Shown here one piece after another: positions 40,836 through 50,793 of a stretch of DNA of 64,000 nt (position 1 is its first letter; every line of letters begins with the position of its first letter). The notes beneath the pieces are model-generated. The model had not been told where the DNA came from. It searched no databases and was given only the letters and a program-made list of their open reading frames with translations. The stretch lies in the NCBI GenBank assembly GCA_040217195.1, contig JAVJNR010000003.1, positions 320,001 through 384,000 on the forward strand. The letters run 5' to 3'. Source of the DNA: Leptospiraceae bacterium. Its GTDB lineage: Bacteria > Spirochaetota > Leptospiria > Leptospirales > Leptonemataceae. The position numbers and the translations under genes are program-made.

Positions 40836-41864
40836 ATGTCCTCCGAAGAAATGGAACGGGCTCTAAAAGAGAAAGAGCAGGAACTGGAGCGCCTGAAGAC
40901 TTTGCTGGGAGCCTATGAAAAGGTCACTGACCTTTCGAGAAAGGAACTCGTAGATGCAGATCAGACCATCCATGCTCAGGAAGTGGCCCAGGAATTGTCC
41001 CGAGCAGAAATCATGGGACTGCAAAACCAGGTAAAAGAGCTGGAAACCGGGCATGCAGACCTGGTGGACCTAATTCGCCAGATTCTGGATGAGGACCCGC
41101 TCAGTGAAGATCGAATACTGAGAAAATTTGAAGCCCTCCGAGATAATTCGAATAGCGAGTTTTACGTAGATCTTTTTCGAGTTCTTCTGCATCATCGATT
41201 TGATCCCGGAGTGGCCCAGGATCACTGGAAAGAAATTCTTCAACATTCCCGAGAACTGGAGCGAAAGCTGGATCGTCCCATTGGCTTTCGCGTGGCCATG
41301 CTGGACTACTTCATTAACCTGAACAAAATTCTTAGAAATCCAATCATCATCGAGATCTCCGTTGTAGATGAAATGATGAAGAACTCCATGACCGATGAGC
41401 TGACCATGCTCTATAATCGCCGGTATTTTGACCGATGCTTGCGAAGGGAGATGAAACGGGCGGAAAGACATCAGGTGCCGGTATCACTTCTAGTGCTGGA
41501 TCTGGACGATTTTAAACAAATCAATGACAATTACGGACACTCCGCCGGGGATATGGTCATGCGAAAGGTAGGACAGGTTCTGAAGTTAATGCTCCGACAG
41601 GAGGATTATCCATGCCGCTTTGGTGGTGAGGAATTTGCCGTGGTTTTGCCCCATACAGGCCCGGAACAGGCATTGCATGTGGCCGAACGATTTCGAGAGG
41701 CCATTGAAAGAGAAGACTTCGAAGGGATTCAAATCACCTGTAGCGGAGGATTGGCCAGCTATCCGGACCATGGTAGTAACGGATCTGAGATATTCGAACG
41801 GGCAGACAGGGCCCTTTATGAAGCAAAAAAATCTGGAAAGAACTGTATCATACTGGCCTCCTGA
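40836..41864 (+). CDS. Diguanylate cyclase (GGEEF) with coiled-coil N-terminus
   Basis: DELTMLYNRR, DLDDFKQIND.YGH..GD, RQED I-site, RFGGEEF, AD.ALY.AK..GKN. Confidence 0.93.
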   Translation: MSSEEMERALKEKEQELERLKTLLGAYEKVTDLSRKELVDADQTIHAQEVAQELSRAEIMGLQNQVKELETGHADLVDLIRQILDEDPLSEDRILRKFEALRDNSNSEFYVDLFRVLLHHRFDPGVAQDHWKEILQHSRELERKLDRPIGFRVAMLDYFINLNKILRNPIIIEISVVDEMMKNSMTDELTMLYNRRYFDRCLRREMKRAERHQVPVSLLVLDLDDFKQINDNYGHSAGDMVMRKVGQVLKLMLRQEDYPCRFGGEEFAVVLPHTGPEQALHVAERFREAIEREDFEGIQITCSGGLASYPDHGSNGSEIFERADRALYEAKKSGKNCIILAS

Positions 41865-41892
41865 TCTGGCCGCCAGAATCTATTCCTGCTGA

Positions 41893-42693
41893 ATGAAATT
41901 CAAAAAGGGAAAGACCTACGAAGCAATTTTTCTGTCCGATGTTCATTATCTTACCTATAAGAAGATTAAGAACCATCATCACCAGGACTTGTTTCGAGTA
42001 TTGAATAGCTTCCGGAAACGGGGAGTTCGCTTTCGCTCACTGTATCTCGTGGGGGATATACTGGAGAACTGGTACTTTGATTCAAGTGCTCGACTTCGCA
42101 CCAGTGAGAAGAAATTCAATAAGCTATTTGATCGACTGGATGCAATCTGTATTCCCGGGGCTCTAAAGTATTTCATTGTAGGCAATCACGATACCACCAG
42201 CTTTACAATGAAGCTTTCTCCGGAAATCACATCATTTCTGGAGAAAAGGGAATACAGAATCCTGGAACGATTTGAGAGTTCAGAGATGGTAGTCATCCAT
42301 GGCCACCAGGGACAGTACAATCGTTTCACCTGGGCTCTGGATATTTCTATTGTGCGAATACTTTACTGGATGGCCTCTCTTGTCCCTGGATTCTTCAAGA
42401 AGGCAGAGTCCTTTTACAATCGTCATTTAAACGGAAGAGATCCTACAAACTACAAAGAGCGGCTAAAATATTACGGAAGACTGAACCGAATCACCAACCA
42501 GGGAAATAGAGTACTGATTTCAGGTCATACCCATCAATTCCTGCATATGCCAGAAATAGGAGTGATCAACACCGGAGACTGGGTACACAGTCGCACGTTG
42601 CTGGTTCAAAATGGCCGGAACCTCATTGGTCTAAAAATGAAAACACGCAAAAAGTGGAAGAAGGAATTTGTTCATTCTCTGAGCCGACAATAG
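41893..42693 (+). CDS. Calcineurin-like metallophosphoesterase (LpxH-like)
   Basis: SDVH, VGDILE, GNHD, HGH, GHTH, NTGDW. Confidence 0.85.
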   Translation: MKFKKGKTYEAIFLSDVHYLTYKKIKNHHHQDLFRVLNSFRKRGVRFRSLYLVGDILENWYFDSSARLRTSEKKFNKLFDRLDAICIPGALKYFIVGNHDTTSFTMKLSPEITSFLEKREYRILERFESSEMVVIHGHQGQYNRFTWALDISIVRILYWMASLVPGFFKKAESFYNRHLNGRDPTNYKERLKYYGRLNRITNQGNRVLISGHTHQFLHMPEIGVINTGDWVHSRTLLVQNGRNLIGLKMKTRKKWKKEFVHSLSRQ

Positions 42694-42922
42694 ATCGGCT
42701 GGACGCCTGGCTCTGTGTCATAGACCGCCCTCTATTCGATAGCACTTCTTACATGCAAGATGCCTGGTTTCTGTCCGGGCCCATTTATTGACTTCTGGCT
42801 TTTCATAAGAAACCTGAAAAAGGACCTCAGAAGAATTCAAAAAAGAGACTGTGCAGCCCAGCTTCCTCCGATACCTCGTTTTCCGGAGTAACCTTCTGCT
42901 GAAATCCACGAAATCATTATCG

Positions 42923-43489
42923 ATGGATACCAGCACAGATCGATATTACACTTTATCATTAGAAGAAAAATGGGCCCGGCTCCCGGCAAGCTTCGCCGGA
43001 GTACTAACATTCATGCTTCTTGCATTGTTGGCACTTCCTCTGTCGAACTGTACCGGTTCTTCGGATGCAAGCCCGACAAATATGGAAAACAAAAGCTTTG
43101 CTGTGGAAAAAAGTCCGGAGCAGTGGCAGTCCCAGCTGGGAGAGCAGCGCTACAGAGTGATGCGACTCCATGGAACAGAAAGGGCCTTCTCCGGCGAATA
43201 CCATGATCATAAAGGTACAGGTGTCTATGTTTGCGCGGCCTGTGGACAGGAATTGTTCAGTTCATCCACAAAGTATGATTCCGGAACAGGCTGGCCCAGT
43301 TACTATGAGCCAATAAACGATGAGGCTGTAGGCGAAAGTCGAGATGAGTCCTACGGCATGGTTCGCACCGAAGTGCACTGCGCCCGATGCGGAGGACATC
43401 TGGGGCATGTATTTTCAGACGGACCGCAACCAACAGGCCTGCGATACTGCATTAACTCCATTTCACTGAATTTTAAACCATCGAACTGA
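42923..43489 (+). CDS. msrB: Peptide methionine sulfoxide reductase B with lipoprotein-like N-terminus
   Basis: GTERAF, CAAC, KYDSGTGWPSY, RTEVHCARCGGHLGHVF.DGP.PTGLRYCINS; LLALLALPLSNC; start uncertain (42923 or 43013). Confidence 0.93.
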   Translation: MDTSTDRYYTLSLEEKWARLPASFAGVLTFMLLALLALPLSNCTGSSDASPTNMENKSFAVEKSPEQWQSQLGEQRYRVMRLHGTERAFSGEYHDHKGTGVYVCAACGQELFSSSTKYDSGTGWPSYYEPINDEAVGESRDESYGMVRTEVHCARCGGHLGHVFSDGPQPTGLRYCINSISLNFKPSN

Positions 43490-43520
43490 GGCCGGGGCCG
43501 GGGCCAATCAGATGGCTGAC

Positions 43521-45071
43521 TCAGCGGTCATCGACAATCTTAAAGTAGTTTCCCCCTGGCAGAGTCTCATATTTTGCAAAGTCCAGCTTTCGACCCCTGG
43601 GTCGGTATGGACCATACCCCGGTTTCTTCAGTTCAAGACCGGCAAACAACGAGTAGATACCCACTGCCAGACTTATAGCCACTTCTTCCCTTTGATCGAT
43701 CACCATTCTGCGATCCCTCCAGACGTTTAGATGCCCTACCTCCAGAAATGCAACAATTGCATTTGTATAGGTCGGTAACGTGTAGGTGCTAACAAATGGA
43801 TCCAGGATAGGGCCCAGCTTGTTGGATGGACGTTTCTCGGGCACCTGCTGCCGAACGCCAAACTGTATAAAACGCATCAGTTCATTTGAGGCCAGATGAT
43901 TATCGCCTCCGTAACTTATACCGCTACCAGATACCGCCGCTTCCCGGCGCCAGAGCTCTGCCTTACTTCGCTCTCTGTCCCAGAATCTTCCTTCCGGTTT
44001 CCATTTGCTGTAGATCATGCTATATGGGCCTGGAGACTTCCTTTCTTTCAGGGCCGTCTTTTCCCAGCCTGGAGGATCCGCATATCTCCACTGAAATAGA
44101 TTATGACGAAAGCCACGTGCCTTTTTGTACCAGGGCGCGGTTCCACTCTTATTACTCCAGTACCCGTTCATATAAACCCAGGCATCGGCTCTGGCCGCCT
44201 GCAGCTTACTCCATCCAGGTTCTGTACTGAGCCAGTGTTTTGCCCAGGGTGACTTGTAGAATGCACTGGCCGGTTTTTGTTTCAGAGACACCTCCCTTAG
44301 CATATTAAAGGTTTCCCAGCCCGGGGCCAGCACGGCTGCCATACCACCGGAATGTTTTGGAGGTGCCGGATTCAAATGAAGAGATAGTACCAGATACGGT
44401 TCTTTATCATTGATCTGTGAGATTCGTCCTTTCTGAATCCGTCCGGTCTTTCTGTCCGGATAATCGTATAATCGATAGGGTGCATTTACATCTGGATGAC
44501 TGTCAGGCAATGAACGATCCTTCCATCCATCCTTTCTGCTTAAATGGGAATTAAACTTGATTCGAATGAATTTCTCCTGGGGAGAGAACTGAGCCAGTAG
44601 CTCTTCAAACTTCTTCCAGCCAGCGTCGGTCTGAGTCAGCTGCAAATAATGATGCACACGAAGAGCCAGCTGAAGCATTAACTCATGCTCGGTATATTTC
44701 GTATATCGCGTGCCGGTCAAATAAGAACTGAGGTATTTTCTGGAAATGGGATCCCATCGATCATCCCTGCGATGCACGATGGCTCCTCCATGACCCGCAT
44801 CTACCACAACCGAATATTCAGGGATGGGTACATTTACTGGAGCCGGAGATTCAGCAATGACAGAAGCAGAAGCAATAACGAGAATCCCAGGAATTAGCCA
44901 GCCCAGGAGCCATCCCGGCAGAGATGATACACTGTTGAGCGTTTTGCAATTGCTGAAAACAGCGATGTTGTATTGTCCCGGGCTACACCCCTGGACATTT
45001 TTAAAGCCTTCTATTTTTGAACGGGACAGGTTTGTGGAATCCTGGAACTGAAATCTGGGAAAATACTTCAT
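43521..45071 (-). CDS. N-acetylmuramoyl-L-alanine amidase (Amidase_3) with large insertions
   Basis: VVVDAGHGG, TEHELMLQLA, VLSLHLN, AFLEVGHL; N-terminal hydrophobic segment; start uncertain. Confidence 0.7.
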   Translation of the reverse strand: MKYFPRFQFQDSTNLSRSKIEGFKNVQGCSPGQYNIAVFSNCKTLNSVSSLPGWLLGWLIPGILVIASASVIAESPAPVNVPIPEYSVVVDAGHGGAIVHRRDDRWDPISRKYLSSYLTGTRYTKYTEHELMLQLALRVHHYLQLTQTDAGWKKFEELLAQFSPQEKFIRIKFNSHLSRKDGWKDRSLPDSHPDVNAPYRLYDYPDRKTGRIQKGRISQINDKEPYLVLSLHLNPAPPKHSGGMAAVLAPGWETFNMLREVSLKQKPASAFYKSPWAKHWLSTEPGWSKLQAARADAWVYMNGYWSNKSGTAPWYKKARGFRHNLFQWRYADPPGWEKTALKERKSPGPYSMIYSKWKPEGRFWDRERSKAELWRREAAVSGSGISYGGDNHLASNELMRFIQFGVRQQVPEKRPSNKLGPILDPFVSTYTLPTYTNAIVAFLEVGHLNVWRDRRMVIDQREEVAISLAVGIYSLFAGLELKKPGYGPYRPRGRKLDFAKYETLPGGNYFKIVDDR

Positions 45072-45372
45072 ACAATGGATTCATAATGAATGAAAGATAC
45101 GCCCCGGAGTCAAGTATGAAGCTTATCGTCCAGAAAACCATGGAACCAGGCTTTTCCGCAGTACAGGAATTTCCAGGGGCAACGCAGGTCAGGGATTATT
45201 TCGTATGGCAGTAAGCGGCTGGAATTAATTACCAGATTTTTCAAAGCCAGCCATTGCTCTTTCGCGCCGGATTAAACTGAGCAGCAGGTATCAGCAGCGC
45301 GCGAAATAGAAATTAAAATCTGATTGATTTGCAGCCGGACTGGTACGCTTACATCGGATATTGCAACTTAGT

Positions 45373-46707
45373 TCAAACCAATCCCAATCTTCTGCCAATG
45401 TCTGATTGATACATATTGTTCGGGTCATACTTTCGTTTAACTTTTTTCCATGCATCCAGTTGAGAATACATGGAAGCGAACGATTGAGCATCCAGAGTAG
45501 CGTCCTTTCCGGCATAGATCCTGCCACCAGCATCCAGGACAAGAGCATCCAGTTTTTTCAGAAAAGGGAATAGTTTCCGAGAAATAGGAAAGTCAATTGC
45601 AAATGTATACCCGGGCATGGGAAAGGAAAGATAGTTTGTTCCTTTGCCAAACTTCTTAAGTACATTCAGAAACGGTTTACATCCGCCAGTTCCAATTTCC
45701 TCCATGATTCTTCGAATGGACTTACGAGCACCCTCCTCCGGAACTACAAACTGATACTGAGTGAAGCCGCGTTTTCCGTAACCCCGATTCCAGTTATTAA
45801 TAGCATCCAGAGGATAGAAAAACGAGTCGTAGTGGCTATAGGTGGCAGCATGGGATTGCACATAATCGATCACGCCATTCAGGATTCGCATGGTCAGAGC
45901 GTTCAGCGCAAATCCTGGCATAAAGAACGGAACATTCAAACTGGATTTATCTGTGATCCTCAATGGATCCTTCTTTAATCCTGGAGGCAAGTCTTCCAGC
46001 CTGGCATGATTACCAGCTGTAAGAACCCCCTTGCCCAGGGATTTACCTCTGGCCAGAGGATTCACCCATGCGACTGAATAGGGAAATTCTCGATCTTTTT
46101 CATCGATGAGATCCAGCATTTCGTTTAGATTCTTCGCACGAAATGATTGTTGCTTAAAATATGTAGTTTCGATCTTTCGCAGCTTGATTTTGGCTCGAAG
46201 TATTAATCCAAGCAACCCCAGCCCGCCAAAGTTAGCATGAAATAAATCCGAGTGACTCTTGCGGCTGGCTGTAACTATTTTACCGCTGGCCAGAAGTATA
46301 TCGAAGCTTTCCACGCAGTTTTTGAAGCTTCCATCTTCATGATGAGCCTTTCCATGTACATCATTGGCTATAGCGCCTCCCACGGTTACGAACTTTGTAC
46401 CTGGAGTGATCATGGGAAAGAATCCTCTGGGCCCCAGGGTTTGGATAATCTCAAAAAGGGAAAGCCCTGCTTCGCACTCTAATTGGCCAGATTTTTCATC
46501 AAAAGATAGAAATCTCTTTCGATGAGTAAATGGTACTACGTAGCCCCTGGAATTCATGGCCTGATCGGCGTAGCTTCTACCCAGTCCTCGAGGGACCACA
46601 TCCAGGTAATCCGAAAGCTCCGATTCCAGGTTCTTGCCGGTAAGAACTGAATTCTCCGCAGATGGATACAGTCCCCAGCCTGTTACTGTTTCTCTTTGTT
46701 CTATCAT
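45373..46707 (-). CDS. FAD-linked oxidoreductase, DprE1-like
   Basis: TGWG, PRGLGRSYAD.A, PGTKFVTVGGAIANDVHGK.HH, FFYPLD...WNR.YG.RGF.QYQ, GRIY..KD; start reassigned to ATG 46707. Confidence 0.88.
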   Translation of the reverse strand: MIEQRETVTGWGLYPSAENSVLTGKNLESELSDYLDVVPRGLGRSYADQAMNSRGYVVPFTHRKRFLSFDEKSGQLECEAGLSLFEIIQTLGPRGFFPMITPGTKFVTVGGAIANDVHGKAHHEDGSFKNCVESFDILLASGKIVTASRKSHSDLFHANFGGLGLLGLILRAKIKLRKIETTYFKQQSFRAKNLNEMLDLIDEKDREFPYSVAWVNPLARGKSLGKGVLTAGNHARLEDLPPGLKKDPLRITDKSSLNVPFFMPGFALNALTMRILNGVIDYVQSHAATYSHYDSFFYPLDAINNWNRGYGKRGFTQYQFVVPEEGARKSIRRIMEEIGTGGCKPFLNVLKKFGKGTNYLSFPMPGYTFAIDFPISRKLFPFLKKLDALVLDAGGRIYAGKDATLDAQSFASMYSQLDAWKKVKRKYDPNNMYQSDIGRRLGLV

Positions 46708-46762
46708 TTCAGGTAAGGTCAGAAAATATTGCAGAATATTGGACGCAAAACCTTTTCGCACT

Positions 46763-47455
46763 ATGAATTCAAATCGAACATCGGCCATTGAAGCAGTGGT
46801 ATTCGATATGGATGGCCTGCTCATAGATTCAGAACCTATCTGGCAAAACTCGGAGATGCAAATATTTGGCAGATACGGTCTGGAATTGAGCCGCTCAGAT
46901 TGTATGCAGACTATGGGCCTGCGCATCGATGAAGTAGTTGAATACTGGAAGAAGAATCGAAATTTCCATCCTCCGGTTTCGGATTCTCAAGTCGTTCAGG
47001 AAGTACTCCAGGAAGTGAAACATCAAATCCAGAGGGGCGGCCAGGCAATGCCCGGAGCTGTAGAACTGGTGGATCGATTGAGTGGTATGCCTCTGGCTGT
47101 GGCATCGTCTTCCTATCCAGAGATCATTGAAGCGGCATTGAAACGTCTGGAAATCCACTCTCTTTTTCAGGTAATACATTCAGCTCAGCAGGAGAAACTG
47201 GGGAAACCGGCGCCTGACGTCTATCTTACAGCCTGCCAACAATTGAAATTGTCTCCGGATCAGTGCCTGGCTATTGAAGATAGCCCGGGAGGAGTGAAAT
47301 CAGCTCTGGCTGCCGGAATGTGGGTAATGGCGGTGCCCGAAGAGTCGCACCTGAATCATCCAGAAATTCAAAAGGCTCACCTTGTTCTAAACAGCCTGGA
47401 AGAAGCCTCTTTTGGGCCAGATGATCTCAGGAATGGAATCAAGATACCGAACTGA
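46763..47455 (+). CDS. HAD sugar-phosphate phosphatase (HxpB/YniC-like)
   Basis: FDMDGLLIDSEP.W, VASSS, GKPAPDVYL, EDSPGG. Confidence 0.88.
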   Translation: MNSNRTSAIEAVVFDMDGLLIDSEPIWQNSEMQIFGRYGLELSRSDCMQTMGLRIDEVVEYWKKNRNFHPPVSDSQVVQEVLQEVKHQIQRGGQAMPGAVELVDRLSGMPLAVASSSYPEIIEAALKRLEIHSLFQVIHSAQQEKLGKPAPDVYLTACQQLKLSPDQCLAIEDSPGGVKSALAAGMWVMAVPEESHLNHPEIQKAHLVLNSLEEASFGPDDLRNGIKIPN

Positions 47456-47479
47456 GAATCAAAAAAACCTTTTCCGCAG

Positions 47480-47941
47480 ATGGCTTCAGACCTTTCTTAT
47501 CACTCAATGCACGTTGGCCCCGTACATCAGAAACCAGAAAATCCGGGAATCGAACCTGGCCCTGAAAATACAGTTCATATATTCTATCGCGCTTTGCCAC
47601 AGACTACATTTGAAGAAGCGGCCACCACATCCTTCCAGATGGTATTGCAGGCACAAAACGATTATCCGGGTCACACCAGGGTATTCTATCTGGAAATAGA
47701 AGGGCATAGCGGCCCTCAATTTGGCTTTGATGCAGATTTTTTTGAATTCCAGCAGGAATTCTTGCAGGGTTTCCTGGGACCATTTCTCAGCGCCCTGGAT
47801 TTACCGTTGCTCTCTGTATTTAATCCAAAACCTCAGAGAAACGATTTACCGGATAAAATAGAAGTGGATGGACCGACCGCCGGTGGATTTCCTTTTCCTC
47901 TGAATAGCTCTTCGCAGAAGCCTTCCTCTCCTTCGAACTAG
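47480..47941 (+). CDS. Hypothetical protein
   Basis: 153-aa ORF co-oriented 24 bp after the HAD gene; no recognisable motif. Confidence 0.65.
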   Translation: MASDLSYHSMHVGPVHQKPENPGIEPGPENTVHIFYRALPQTTFEEAATTSFQMVLQAQNDYPGHTRVFYLEIEGHSGPQFGFDADFFEFQQEFLQGFLGPFLSALDLPLLSVFNPKPQRNDLPDKIEVDGPTAGGFPFPLNSSSQKPSSPSN

Positions 47942-47964
47942 AGTTTACCAGAAAAAACCCAGCG

Positions 47965-48951
47965 CTATCGTTTTCCAAAAAGCCCGGAAAGCCAGCGTCG
48001 AAATCGTCGCTTCTTAACCTGCATTTTTTCAAATGCTTTCCGACCTGCTTCCAATCCCATATCCACAACTTGATTCAATACCTGTTCATTGGTGGTAACT
48101 ATCTTCATGGGTAAACTCATGGGCGGATCCACAATATGCACTTTAACCCCTGGCGGAGGATGATTGATTATTTCTTTGGCCCTGTTGTACTGCAAATGAT
48201 ACTCATGCCTGACAAATCGGGCCATGGAGCGGTTGTAGGGAAATGAAAGAAAACTAAGAAATCGGCCGGTGCGCCCTGTAATATAGCTGCGAGGATAATT
48301 CAGTACGACGGTAATGTCGGTATAGCCTGCTTTAATAACAGCTTCCACAGGTATGGGATCCGTCACAGCTCCATCAGTATAGAGCTCATTTCCCAGACTG
48401 CTTCTGCCTTTTGTTGCAATCGGCAATGCAGTGGCCGCCTTTAATAATGGCAGAGCATTTTCCGAGGTGGCCCGGACGTATTCCGGTTTTCCAGTGGAAA
48501 GATTACTTACTACAACGTAAAGGGGCGTGCTTTTTGGGCTATCCAGTCTTTCCATTTTCAATCGGTATCGATTCCCAAATAAGTGATCGATCAGATAGGT
48601 CTGATCCATCAAGGTCTTCTTTTGCCCAAAGATTCGTCTGCGGGCTATGAATCGTCCATCGCTCAATTCCCATCGCCATACATTCAAATTCTTTAAAGTA
48701 GCTTCCAGGTCATTGGGCGATTCGGTCACATAGTATGCAGCGGAGCAACTTCCGGCAGATACACCTACCACTAGATCAAATCTACGAGAGGGGTAGAATT
48801 GATTCATGGCGGCCAGGACACCACCGGCAAAGGCACCTTTCATTCCTCCACCTTCCACAATTAAAACTCGCCTCTTCTTCCCTCTGGCCGGTGGTAGGGT
48901 ACGAGAGATCTGGCCAAATTGTTGTTGCGACTTTTGCTTTCTACGGGGCAT
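47965..48951 (-). CDS. Patatin-like phospholipase
   Basis: EGGGMKG, GVSAG nucleophile elbow, DGA; start reassigned to ATG 48951. Confidence 0.9.
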   Translation of the reverse strand: MPRRKQKSQQQFGQISRTLPPARGKKRRVLIVEGGGMKGAFAGGVLAAMNQFYPSRRFDLVVGVSAGSCSAAYYVTESPNDLEATLKNLNVWRWELSDGRFIARRRIFGQKKTLMDQTYLIDHLFGNRYRLKMERLDSPKSTPLYVVVSNLSTGKPEYVRATSENALPLLKAATALPIATKGRSSLGNELYTDGAVTDPIPVEAVIKAGYTDITVVLNYPRSYITGRTGRFLSFLSFPYNRSMARFVRHEYHLQYNRAKEIINHPPPGVKVHIVDPPMSLPMKIVTTNEQVLNQVVDMGLEAGRKAFEKMQVKKRRFRRWLSGLFGKR

Positions 48952-48967
48952 GGTCTTGCCCAGCAAT

Positions 48968-49900
48968 ATGAAACGAATCGCTGCAAACAACGCTTTTTCC
49001 CGTCTGTCCGTTACAGTCTTTTCCGCCCTGATTGGACTGGCGGCCTGCTCCTCCCCGGATGAACCAGAGGAGCCACATGCTGTGGAAATTGTATCTAGCA
49101 TCCTGAAAACTCGCGATGCACTGCAAAAAGAGCATTGCAGCGATGGTTGTATCTTTCTGACATTCTGGGACTTCGATGGAACGATTTTGAAAGGAGACTG
49201 CTCGGAAGGACTCAGACAGGACGGAAAAATCGTATATCGCGGTTTGGTAGAATTGACCATCGAGCAGGGATTTTCTTCGGTATTCCGACGGGATGAAGCC
49301 CGGAAGTTCGAAGAGGAGTATCGTCGCCGGGATCGGGAACTGGGTCATAGAAATGCCTATACCTTTCTCACTACTCAGTATGGAGGAGCCGACCCGGAAG
49401 AAATCACTGCCTTCGCAAAGAAACGATTCGAACTTTATCAAAACTACTATTTTCGCAGCTCGATCCAGATCTGGAAGGCCCTGGAAGAAGCACAGATCCA
49501 GAATCACATTATTTCTGCCAGCCCACATTTCTTTGTTCAGGGCGCCGCCGAATCCCTGGGTATTTCCGGAGAACGCATCAATGGAGTCCGTCTGCAGCAA
49601 CGAAAGGGTCAGCTTCTGCCCACACTGGACCCTCCTCTAACCTATGCCGATGGCAAAACCGAAACTCTGCAATCCATAGTGAAGCGCCTTCAGGAAGAAA
49701 ACCCATCCAAACAGGTATTCGTCCTGGCTGCCTTTGGAAACAGCTATCATACAGATGGCCATTTCCTGGAATTTGTGCATTCGGCGGAACTTCCGGCGGG
49801 GAAAACACTGTCGGTCATGATAAATGGAGGCGAATCTCCGGAAGAATATAACGATCGTTTCCTGGAAGTGACCCAAAACAGGACGTTAGGCGATGAATGA
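48968..49900 (+). CDS. Exported HAD-family phosphatase (lipoprotein)
   Basis: Lipobox LAAC; FWDFDGT, IISAS, GK, FGNS..TD. Confidence 0.8.
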   Translation: MKRIAANNAFSRLSVTVFSALIGLAACSSPDEPEEPHAVEIVSSILKTRDALQKEHCSDGCIFLTFWDFDGTILKGDCSEGLRQDGKIVYRGLVELTIEQGFSSVFRRDEARKFEEEYRRRDRELGHRNAYTFLTTQYGGADPEEITAFAKKRFELYQNYYFRSSIQIWKALEEAQIQNHIISASPHFFVQGAAESLGISGERINGVRLQQRKGQLLPTLDPPLTYADGKTETLQSIVKRLQEENPSKQVFVLAAFGNSYHTDGHFLEFVHSAELPAGKTLSVMINGGESPEEYNDRFLEVTQNRTLGDE

Positions 49901-50589
49901 ACCTGACGTTGCTGCGCGAAGGCGATTTTAAAAAAAATGACTTGCATTGCCCTGAGACTCTGCCTTACTCTATGAAAGCGACAGGGGGTAGACAAATGAG
50001 AACAGGAGAAGAAGAACCAGAAAGACAACACCTGGAGCCAGATACTGATTTATACGCTGAAGTAATTTCAAATAGTATTCTGGGCTGGTCCCTATTTGTG
50101 GACACAGCAATAGAAAGTAATATATACCAGGTAGCCCGGGAGAGCTATCCGCCCCAGAAGGCGGCCCGTATTGCTCTTTTTCGATTGTATCTAGAAAGCT
50201 TCACTCCAGCCGAAAGACAGGAATTACTGGAAAAGCCAGACTATTTCCTGCAGTACGCCTTTGGAGTAGTTCGAGAGCTTTACCCTCCCCATCCTAAAAA
50301 TCGAAGAACCATTGTTCACAATCGACTGGTCTTCATGTCATCGATCAGGCAATTCCTGGACAGTGAACGGCAAATCTCCGCCCACCGATGCAGGGAAGCT
50401 TCGCAGATTCTTCGCGCTGCAAGCCAATTGTCTCGATCTGTGGAAGAAATAGTCCGAGCCAGGGACCTCTATAAAGAGTTTCAATTTCGCATTGCTGCTC
50501 AAAGAGATCAAGAATGGCTGTATTCGTTTGAGGCATTGCCATTGGAGCTCACAGGCTATAGAGAATCGTCGGAAGCTTCGCCGGCCTGA
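49897..50589 (+). CDS. Hypothetical helical protein
   Basis: ATGA overlap with upstream gene; alternative start 49996 with a G-rich RBS. Confidence 0.6.
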   Translation: MNLTLLREGDFKKNDLHCPETLPYSMKATGGRQMRTGEEEPERQHLEPDTDLYAEVISNSILGWSLFVDTAIESNIYQVARESYPPQKAARIALFRLYLESFTPAERQELLEKPDYFLQYAFGVVRELYPPHPKNRRTIVHNRLVFMSSIRQFLDSERQISAHRCREASQILRAASQLSRSVEEIVRARDLYKEFQFRIAAQRDQEWLYSFEALPLELTGYRESSEASPA

Positions 50590-50793
50590 GATTGTCGGTG
50601 CTTCAGGAAGTGCAATCCTTCCGAAAGTAGAAATGGCAATGGAAGGTCTTGCTGCATTGGCCCTTCTGCATCTGCTTTTTTCCCTCCACATGAATTCGTA
50701 AACTGCAGAGTGTCGGTCATTACGGTTTTTCGTTCTGCATTATGGCATTTTTTCAATTAGAAATCTGATCTTTTTACCGGTTCATTCGTCCCA

